DNA from: a virus
Taxonomy: Duplodnaviria; Heunggongvirae; Uroviricota; Caudoviricetes
Reading direction: 5' to 3' (one strand)
IMG/VR virus record: IMGVR_UViG_2713896785_000009
DNA length: 7,335 nt
Under the pieces are notes generated by a model. The model made no database searches, was not told where the DNA came from, and worked only from the letters and a program-made list of their open reading frames with translations. Positions 1 through 5,239 of the stretch are shown one piece after another. Positions within the stretch are counted from its first letter, which is position 1; each line of letters begins with the position of its first letter. The translations under genes were made by a program, and so were the position numbers.

Positions 1-30
1 AGCATCGAACAGGTTATCGAAATCAGCCAC
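1..30 (-). CDS. FII: Head-tail joining / head completion protein FII, 5' fragment (first 10 codons; gene continues beyond window start)
   Basis: Minus-strand reading from 30 downward gives GTG GCT GAT TTC GAT AAC CTG TTC GAT GCT = (M)ADFDNLFDA, matching my recollection of the lambda gpFII N-terminus. GGGAGG Shine-Dalgarno at 35..40 (minus strand), 4 nt upstream of the GTG. Sits immediately downstream of the FI stop, as in lambda. Too short for the ORF track to list. Confidence 0.7.
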   Translation of the reverse strand, partial: MADFDNLFDA

Positions 31-41
31 AGCGCCTCCCG

Positions 42-437
42 TTATTGCATTCTGGCCAGGCCGCGCTCTGTCATTTCAGCTGCCACACCGGCAGAGACAC
101 GGAACGCCGTTCCCGGCAGCACAAATACCACAGCCTCATCCCGCGTGGCGTGAAGTGCATCAGTATGCAGCGTCACCAGTGCCACAACCGTGACCAGATC
201 AGCCGTATCAGTCACGGTATCCGGCTGCGCTGATACAACCTCATTTTCATGTCCGGTCAGCACATTTTCCGGGCTGAGAGGGGTATCCTGACCGGCAGTG
301 TCGCCCGTGTCATCAAGCTCTTCTTCCAGCTCTGCCACACGGAGCGCCAGTTCTTCTTTCGTCCCCGTCAGGCTGACATCACGGTTCAGTTGCTCACCCA
401 GCGACCGGAGACGGGCAATCAGTTCATCTTTCGTCAT
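42..437 (-). CDS. FI: DNA-packaging / head assembly protein FI
   Basis: Track ORF 42..476 (-). From the internal Met onward (MTKDELIARLRSLGEQLNRDVSLTGTKEELALRVAEL...AEMTERGLARMQ) the protein is colinear with, and very similar to, lambda gpFI (132 aa) as I recall it. I place the start at the ATG at 435..437 rather than 476 because GGAGGAG (441..447, minus strand) lies 5 nt upstream and the 13 extra N-terminal codons have no lambda counterpart. Stop TAA at 42..44. Confidence 0.9.
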   Translation of the reverse strand: MTKDELIARLRSLGEQLNRDVSLTGTKEELALRVAELEEELDDTGDTAGQDTPLSPENVLTGHENEVVSAQPDTVTDTADLVTVVALVTLHTDALHATRDEAVVFVLPGTAFRVSAGVAAEMTERGLARMQ

Positions 438-478
438 GGACTCCTCCACAGAGAGAAAATGGCCCCTAAGGGCCATGA

Positions 479-1507
479 TTACGCCAGTTGAACGGACACG
501 AACTCATCAGGATCAGCCAGCACCATCAGCGGTGCGGACTGCGTCATGGTAAATTCACGGGCCGGATCGCCCACGGTCAGCCAGTGTTTCGGGTAACGGG
601 AAGAAGCCACCACACCTTCGGACAACGCCTGCGCATCCTGAATGGCACCGTAACAACGGATCCCATCTGCAGCCGTATTTCCCAGGACCAGCGTGCCCTC
701 CGGCAGATAACGTTTTTCGGTACCGTCCTCTGCCACATAAGACGTTTTCGCCACCACAATGGCCAGATCGCCGTAATACCCTTTGAAAGACACCACCGCC
801 CCCAGGTCTTTCACTGCCGTTTCGAGTTGTGAATTTGAGCCGCGACGGGTATCCAGTTTTTCGCGGAACAGCTTAAAACCATTCAGCAGACGCCAGACAG
901 TACCGTCCATAATGGCAATATTCACAAGACCGCTGGCCTGATCGCAGTAGAGGTCAATATCATGCGTCGGATCAAACGTATCACGGTCCTGCTCAGACCA
1001 TTTTTTACCGTCGGCCTGCTCAATGTTATTTCCTTCAGAGCGTCCAAAATCCACCTCGACAGTATCAAACTGATCCCCTTCCATGGTGTATTTGCCATAC
1101 AGCACGGCATTCACCGCCTGCATTTCTTCCACCTGGACAATGGCATGCTCTTCCTGTTTGAGGTTATCGGTGATGATACGCAGACGACGGTAGGCCGGGT
1201 CGTTCAGTTGAGCCGGATCTTCACCGGGAAGACGCTCAACCGCCTGCTGGTAATTAAATTCGTGTTTCGGCTTGACGTAGCCCGGACGTAACACGCGGGT
1301 TTCACCACCGCGATGACGCAGCACTTTTCCTTCAACAACCGGGGAGACATAGGCCGCCACCGGCGTTTTTCCGGTAATTTTGTCCAGCATCACCTCTTCG
1401 GTATGGAAATTCACCGTACGGCGGAAAAACAGCTCCAGAAACAGCGCACGAAATTTCACTTTTTGTTCGGTATAACCGAGTAACTGGCGGGTCGTAAACA
1501 ATCCCAT
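479..1507 (-). CDS. E: Major capsid protein (lambda gpE family, HK97-like fold)
   Basis: 342 aa ORF (lambda gpE is 341 aa). Colinear similarity throughout, e.g. GYVKPKHE, DPAYRR, IAQVEEMQAV-like AIVQVEEMQAV, KEKLDTRRGSNS-LETAVKDLG, and C-terminus GDPAREFTMTQSAPLMVLADPDEFVSVQLA nearly identical to lambda. AAGGA Shine-Dalgarno at 1516..1520 (minus strand), 8 nt upstream of the ATG. Confidence 0.95.
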   Translation of the reverse strand: MGLFTTRQLLGYTEQKVKFRALFLELFFRRTVNFHTEEVMLDKITGKTPVAAYVSPVVEGKVLRHRGGETRVLRPGYVKPKHEFNYQQAVERLPGEDPAQLNDPAYRRLRIITDNLKQEEHAIVQVEEMQAVNAVLYGKYTMEGDQFDTVEVDFGRSEGNNIEQADGKKWSEQDRDTFDPTHDIDLYCDQASGLVNIAIMDGTVWRLLNGFKLFREKLDTRRGSNSQLETAVKDLGAVVSFKGYYGDLAIVVAKTSYVAEDGTEKRYLPEGTLVLGNTAADGIRCYGAIQDAQALSEGVVASSRYPKHWLTVGDPAREFTMTQSAPLMVLADPDEFVSVQLA

Positions 1508-1535
1508 AAATCAGTTCCTTTCATTCAGAAATCAG

Positions 1536-1557
1536 TCAGGCCACCGCGGTGGCCTGA
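1536..1557. repeat. Perfect 22-bp palindrome TCAGGCCACCGCGGTGGCCTGA in the D-E intergenic spacer (potential RNA hairpin or protein-binding site)
   Basis: Read directly: 1536..1557 equals its own reverse complement. GC-rich arms with a central CCGCGG. Lies between the D stop (1565..1567) and the E start (1505..1507). On the minus-strand mRNA it is followed by CUGAUUUCUGA, which is not a clean U-tract. Confidence 0.6.
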
Positions 1558-1564
1558 TAACGTG

Positions 1565-1912
1565 TTACGGCAGCGCCGCGTGACTCAGGGCACTGCCGGC
1601 AAAGGCATTTGCCTTTTTGTGTTCATCCACACTGTCAGGCCAGCGGATTGCCTCCGTCGCAAAGGTCCCCGACTTGTAATACGTCAGTACCGTCTCTGTG
1701 CCTTCAAGCGGCAGTACCAGTATGCCAACCGCACTACCGGCTTTCTGTCCGTCCCAGACCACCAGTTTCCCGGTAGCTTCATCCAGCATCAGGGGCGTCA
1801 GTGCCGGTGTTGCCGAGGAAATCCCGCTGCTGCCTGTGGCGGTATGAGCCGGATCATTACCGGCAAAAATACGTACTTCCGCACGCTGTTCAGTGATGGT
1901 TTTCGTTACCAT
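1565..1912 (-). CDS. D: Head decoration protein (lambda gpD family)
   Basis: 115 aa ORF (lambda gpD is 110 aa). Conserved blocks DPAHTAT, TPLMLD, KLVVWDG, AVGIL, YYKSGTF-like (lambda FYKSGTF), AFAG. AGGAGG Shine-Dalgarno at 1923..1928 (minus strand), 10 nt upstream of ATG at 1910..1912. Confidence 0.9.
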   Translation of the reverse strand: MVTKTITEQRAEVRIFAGNDPAHTATGSSGISSATPALTPLMLDEATGKLVVWDGQKAGSAVGILVLPLEGTETVLTYYKSGTFATEAIRWPDSVDEHKKANAFAGSALSHAALP

Positions 1913-1948
1913 ATTGTAAAAACCTCCTGTTGATGGTCAGCACTGACT

Positions 1949-2764
1949 TCATGGCATGGCCATGAGCATTTTCACGTCCGCATCACCGTCTGCTGACGTC
2001 TGTGGCACGCCACCCTGTACCGCTGCCGGTGAATGGTTCGCCATGATGCGTTCAAACAGGGCGGTTGTGGATGCAGAGACCGGTTCTGCCTTACCTGATC
2101 CCGCAGCCAGCACAGCCCGGGCGCTCTCCACAGTCATTCCCGGGCAGGCAGCCAGCTGTTCAGCCTGCGCCTCAGCCCCTTTTGCCTCATCCAGTGCCAT
2201 GATCTGATCACGGAGTGAGGGTCCGGCATCCGCCTGCGGTGAAGCAGCCAGGATCGGGCGGGCTTTTTCCACCGTCATCTCCGGCATCGCCGCCAGCGTT
2301 GCCGCCAGTTGTTCACGACCGTTCGCTTCTTCACACGCCATAATGCGATCGGCTTCACTCTGCGTGGATGCCACCGGCTGCTGCGGTGCCGCCGCGGCCA
2401 GAATCGCCCGGGCCTGTTCAACGCTCATGCCCTGTTGTCCTGCCAGCATCGTGGCAAGCTGTTCACGTCCTTTCGCTTCCTGGCATGTCAGGATCCCCAT
2501 CACTCGCTGGTTCTCCTGCGCGGCGGCTTCCGTTGCAGTTAATTGCGGCATAGTGCCTCCTCTGACATTACTGTTCAGCGCCGTGGCCATCACACTGATG
2601 GCATCCGACGCATTGACTAATTCATCCGCCAGCCCGGCATCAATGCCGGACTGACCTTCAAAAACGGCGGCCTCTGTTCCCGTGACGGCATCAACAGACA
2701 GACCGGTAAACATGGCCACTTTTTCGGCAAACATCCGGCGCGCCGCATCAATGCGCTGCTGCAT
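1949..2764 (-). CDS. Nu3: Possible nested in-frame scaffolding protein (Nu3-like), translated from an internal start within gene C
   Basis: Inference by analogy: in lambda the Nu3 scaffold is made from an internal in-frame start in C and shares its stop. Here in-frame Met codons occur at residue 231 (ATG 2762..2764) and residue 241 (2732..2734), within a few residues of where the lambda Nu3 start aligns (our Ile235). The ribosome-binding context before 2764 is weak (AGAGG about 11 nt upstream), so the exact start is uncertain. Confidence 0.3.
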   Translation of the reverse strand: MQQRIDAARRMFAEKVAMFTGLSVDAVTGTEAAVFEGQSGIDAGLADELVNASDAISVMATALNSNVRGGTMPQLTATEAAAQENQRVMGILTCQEAKGREQLATMLAGQQGMSVEQARAILAAAAPQQPVASTQSEADRIMACEEANGREQLAATLAAMPEMTVEKARPILAASPQADAGPSLRDQIMALDEAKGAEAQAEQLAACPGMTVESARAVLAAGSGKAEPVSASTTALFERIMANHSPAAVQGGVPQTSADGDADVKMLMAMP

Positions 2765-3454
2765 GTCCTGGCGAACCTCTGCCGGTAAGGCTTCAAACTG
2801 ATTGCCATCCACCTTGTGCGCCCCTGAGTAAATCAGCGTGATATCCACACCGGCCTGCGCCAGATGACCGGCATAGCTGACATGGCTCATCATCACGCCA
2901 ATGGAGCCGATACGGGATGTCTGGGTAACCAGCCGTCGGGAGCAGGCCGACGCCAGCAGCATGGCTGCAGAACAGGCCGTGTCATTGCACAGTGCCCAGA
3001 CCGGCTTCTGCTGACGGAGGCGGTAAATCATGTCAGCGCAGTCAAACGCGCCGGCGGCCTGCCCGCCCGGACTGTCAATGTCCAGCAGTACGCCCCGCAC
3101 CTGGCTATCCGCCATTGCCTGCTGAAGACAGGCGACAATGCCGTCATAGCCTGTCATTCCGGAAAATGGCCGCATACCCCCCAGCCGGTGCACCAGCGTG
3201 CCGGTCACCGGCAGTACAGCAATACCGTTCACCACCCGGTAAACACGGGCCGGTCGTTTACCTCCGGCCATGTACTCGTCCGTTTCAGCCAGCATTCCGG
3301 GAGCATCAAGCTGTACCTGCTGCTGTGGTACCGAAAGACTTGCTGCCCCCATCTCGCGCCCGAGCGCGCAAAAGAAAACCCGCGCATAGGCGGGCTCCAG
3401 AAGCAGCGGTTCATTGAATGCCGCGGCAATAATGTGTGAAAGATTACGTCTCAC
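1949..3454 (-). CDS. C: Prohead protease (lambda gpC family; ClpP/SppA-like serine peptidase domain fused to C-terminal scaffold-like region)
   Basis: 501 aa ORF versus about 439 aa for lambda gpC. N-terminal two-thirds strongly colinear with lambda gpC (AFNEPLLLEPAYARVFFCAL, NGIAVLPVTGTLV, SGMTGYDGI, GGQAAGAFDCAD, KPVWAL-ND, SRRLVTQT-R-GSIGVMM, GVDITLIYSG-HKVDGN, TGLSV, TEAAV, AIDAGLADELVN). The C-terminal third carries the repeat expansion listed separately. Start overlaps the B stop by 11 nt. Confidence 0.93.
   Translation of the reverse strand: MRRNLSHIIAAAFNEPLLLEPAYARVFFCALGREMGAASLSVPQQQVQLDAPGMLAETDEYMAGGKRPARVYRVVNGIAVLPVTGTLVHRLGGMRPFSGMTGYDGIVACLQQAMADSQVRGVLLDIDSPGGQAAGAFDCADMIYRLRQQKPVWALCNDTACSAAMLLASACSRRLVTQTSRIGSIGVMMSHVSYAGHLAQAGVDITLIYSGAHKVDGNQFEALPAEVRQDMQQRIDAARRMFAEKVAMFTGLSVDAVTGTEAAVFEGQSGIDAGLADELVNASDAISVMATALNSNVRGGTMPQLTATEAAAQENQRVMGILTCQEAKGREQLATMLAGQQGMSVEQARAILAAAAPQQPVASTQSEADRIMACEEANGREQLAATLAAMPEMTVEKARPILAASPQADAGPSLRDQIMALDEAKGAEAQAEQLAACPGMTVESARAVLAAGSGKAEPVSASTTALFERIMANHSPAAVQGGVPQTSADGDADVKMLMAMP
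2096..2512 (-). repeat. In-frame tandem triplication (~150-bp unit, about 47-53 aa) within the scaffold-like C-terminal region of gene C
   Basis: Protein repeats: RVMGILTCQEAKGREQLATMLAGQQGMSVEQARAILAAAAPQ (res ~317-358), RIMACEEANGREQLAATLAAMPEMTVEKARPILAASPQ (~370-407), QIMALDEAKGAEAQAEQLAACPGMTVESARAVLAAGS (~417-453), with a possible degenerate fourth start (ERIMANHS, ~468-475). At DNA level the motif gccag(c/t)tgttca(c)g recurs at 2151, 2304 and 2454 and gttcacg at 2311 and 2461, an exact 150-nt spacing for the latter. My recollection of lambda gpC/Nu3 has a single copy (RIMGILNCEEAHGREEQARVLAETPGMTVKTARRILAAAPQ). Confidence 0.8.
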
Positions 3455-5036
3455 GGGGTGTTGTCTCCTCTTCCGGCCTGCGACTCTCCGCTATCTGCTG
3501 CTGATACGCCTGCGCTATCCACACCGGACGTGAGAGTCCGGCTTTTTGCCGCTCTGCAGATTCCCTGACCTGCTGGCGGAAAATGTCCTGATAATCCTCG
3601 CCCATCAGCGCCAGCTCTTTCTCATACGTGCTCAGTCCGGCCTCAATGCGCATCACCGATTCCTGAACCTCCTTGAGCCCGTCAATGGCCATTCTTCCGG
3701 CACCAATCCACTCTGCCCGTGACCAGGCTGATCGCGCCTGATAAAAATCAAAACGCGCCCGTGGCGGACGGATAATCCCCCGAAGAAGTGCCTCTTCCAG
3801 CCAGCAGGAAAACATCTGCGTGGCCAGCCGGGCCGCAATAAATTTTCGCCGCCCCATAAAATAGCGCCACGACTCATTGGCAGAGGCCCTGGCACTTGAA
3901 TAACTGACCTTCGAGTAATCACGGGACAACTGTTCGTAGGAAACGCCAAGACCGGCGGCGATATACCGCAGCAGCGCCTGTTCAAGCGCCGAAAATCCAT
4001 TGTCTGAATCCTGCGCAGTCTGTAGTTTCAGATCATCACCAGGGAAAAGGTGCGGAATTTTGACTCCGCCCAGCGTCACGCTATTCGTGTCATACCAGCT
4101 GGAGAACTTCTCCAGAATATTAATAAGCGGATTATCCTTCTGCTCCTGTGGCGCGCCGGCGATATATTCAAAGGCCTTTTCGGTATCAAGTTCACTTTCA
4201 ATCGTCGCTGCATACATGGCTTTCACAATGGCCGACTGAAGCTGTGTTGCCTGCAGGGAATCCAGCATCTTCAGCCGTTCCATGACGCTGTAAAACTGAT
4301 TAGCCCCACGGGTCTGCCCGTCCTCCACCGGCTCGAAAATATGCAGCATGGCCGGACGCCCGGTGGGAAGTTCACGCGGGATCCGTTCCCATCGTCCACT
4401 CCCGGAGAACGGAAAATCATCCTCACAGATATGGTACGCAACGGCACGGCCATATCGATCGACCTCCACCCCGGCCCGCAGAAAACGGTTCCCCATACCG
4501 TGTCCTGGCGTGTCCACCCGTTTCGGACTCACGGCTTTAAAACGCGTACGGAATAACTGCGTGGTTTCCGTATCCCAGACCGGCTGCACAAAGATTTCGC
4601 CGTTAAACGCATGAACGCCCACACCTTCACGGATAAATTCCGTGAACGTGCGTTTTCCTTCCACGTCGATCTCGCCAGACATCCCTTCGGCGTATTCCGA
4701 CCAGGCCGCCTCCACCTCATCGACAAAGCTTTTTGCTGCGGTCTCCCGCATCCCCAGCCAGCGCCAGTTCGGACGGTAGCTGATAAGAAACATATGCCCG
4801 ACAATGTGATCCTTATGCAGTGCCACCGCATTGGCCGCTATTCCGTTATTGCGCACCAGATCATCTGCCCGGGCATTCCCCAGACGCAACGCGGGCAGCA
4901 GGGCCGCATCGGCACTCTGCGCCGGTGGCAACCACTCCGCCATTTGCCCGCCAAATCCTGCGCCGCCCCCGTTGTAGCTGAGACTCTCACGAAGCGGAAC
5001 GCCGTTCACATCAATCAGGACAGGCGTTCGTTTCAT
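3444..5036 (-). CDS. B: Portal protein (lambda gpB family)
   Basis: 530 aa ORF (lambda gpB is 533 aa). Extensive colinear similarity, e.g. GNARADDLVRNNG, FEPVEDGQTRGAN-FYSVME, LQSAIVKAMYAATIESELDT, LLRYIAAGLGVSYEQLSR, SYS-ARASANESW-YFMGRRKF, WIG-GRMAIDGLKEVQE-VM-IEAGLSTYEKE. Start ATG 5034..5036 overlaps the W stop in an ATGA arrangement (5033..5036). Confidence 0.95.
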   Translation of the reverse strand: MKRTPVLIDVNGVPLRESLSYNGGGAGFGGQMAEWLPPAQSADAALLPALRLGNARADDLVRNNGIAANAVALHKDHIVGHMFLISYRPNWRWLGMRETAAKSFVDEVEAAWSEYAEGMSGEIDVEGKRTFTEFIREGVGVHAFNGEIFVQPVWDTETTQLFRTRFKAVSPKRVDTPGHGMGNRFLRAGVEVDRYGRAVAYHICEDDFPFSGSGRWERIPRELPTGRPAMLHIFEPVEDGQTRGANQFYSVMERLKMLDSLQATQLQSAIVKAMYAATIESELDTEKAFEYIAGAPQEQKDNPLINILEKFSSWYDTNSVTLGGVKIPHLFPGDDLKLQTAQDSDNGFSALEQALLRYIAAGLGVSYEQLSRDYSKVSYSSARASANESWRYFMGRRKFIAARLATQMFSCWLEEALLRGIIRPPRARFDFYQARSAWSRAEWIGAGRMAIDGLKEVQESVMRIEAGLSTYEKELALMGEDYQDIFRQQVRESAERQKAGLSRPVWIAQAYQQQIAESRRPEEETTPRET

Positions 5037-5239
5037 AACCTCACTCCCAGCGGACGACGGCGACGCCGGGTTGTCCCCAGTACCGACTCCGCATCATTGA
5101 TCGCCCGGTTAAGCTCATCCAGAGAAGCCGCCGTATATTCAATTCTGCGACCATCTTTCTGGACAGACACCACCCGTTTACCGGTTAATAAATCAAGGCG
5201 CGCCTGACGCAGCGCCTGCAGTTCAGCGACTGTAACCAT
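5033..5239 (-). CDS. W: Head-tail joining / head completion protein (lambda gpW family)
   Basis: 68 aa ORF, the same length as lambda gpW. Conserved L-TGKRV--VQKDGRR-E-TA-S core and basic RRRR tail. GGAGG Shine-Dalgarno at 5245..5249 (minus strand), 5 nt upstream of ATG at 5237..5239. Overlaps the 3' end of A by 17 nt. Confidence 0.9.
   Translation of the reverse strand: MVTVAELQALRQARLDLLTGKRVVSVQKDGRRIEYTAASLDELNRAINDAESVLGTTRRRRRPLGVRL

Noticed and set aside
438-476. A 144-aa form of FI starting at MALRGHFLSVEES
   Set aside because: Lambda gpFI begins MTKDELIARL, which aligns with the internal Met at 435..437, and that Met is preceded by a strong GGAGGAG ribosome-binding site. The upstream extension is probably not translated.
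298-552. Plus-strand ORF with a poly-serine run (SSSSSSSSS)
   Set aside because: The serine run is the out-of-frame antisense reading of the acidic/Leu-rich stretch (ELALRVAELEEELDD) of FI; it is a compositional artefact, not a real low-complexity protein.
1508-1564. Intrinsic terminator after D
   Set aside because: The palindrome at 1536..1557 could form a hairpin, but it is not followed by a U-tract on the transcript, and E, which must be co-expressed at high level, starts immediately downstream. A full terminator is unlikely, so I report it as a possible hairpin or processing element instead.
2864-3439. Plus-strand ORFs of 191 aa and 141 aa (2992..3417)
   Set aside because: Both are antisense to the conserved protease domain of gene C, with Arg/Pro/Ala-rich composition typical of shadow ORFs.
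4050-4556. Plus-strand ORF, 168 aa, and other plus-strand ORFs (45..233, 249..491, 488..832, 962..1291, 1562..1933, 1956..2207, 2309..2654, 4000..4239, 4348..4614, 5279..5720, 5755..6154, 6530..7019)
   Set aside because: Every one lies antisense to a minus-strand gene with strong lambda homology. I see no independent support for any of them and recognise none of the products.
4611-5207. Plus-strand ORF, 198 aa
   Set aside because: Entirely antisense to the well-supported portal and W genes. The protein is arginine/proline-rich and low-complexity, as expected for an out-of-frame reading of GC-rich coding DNA, and I recognise no family.
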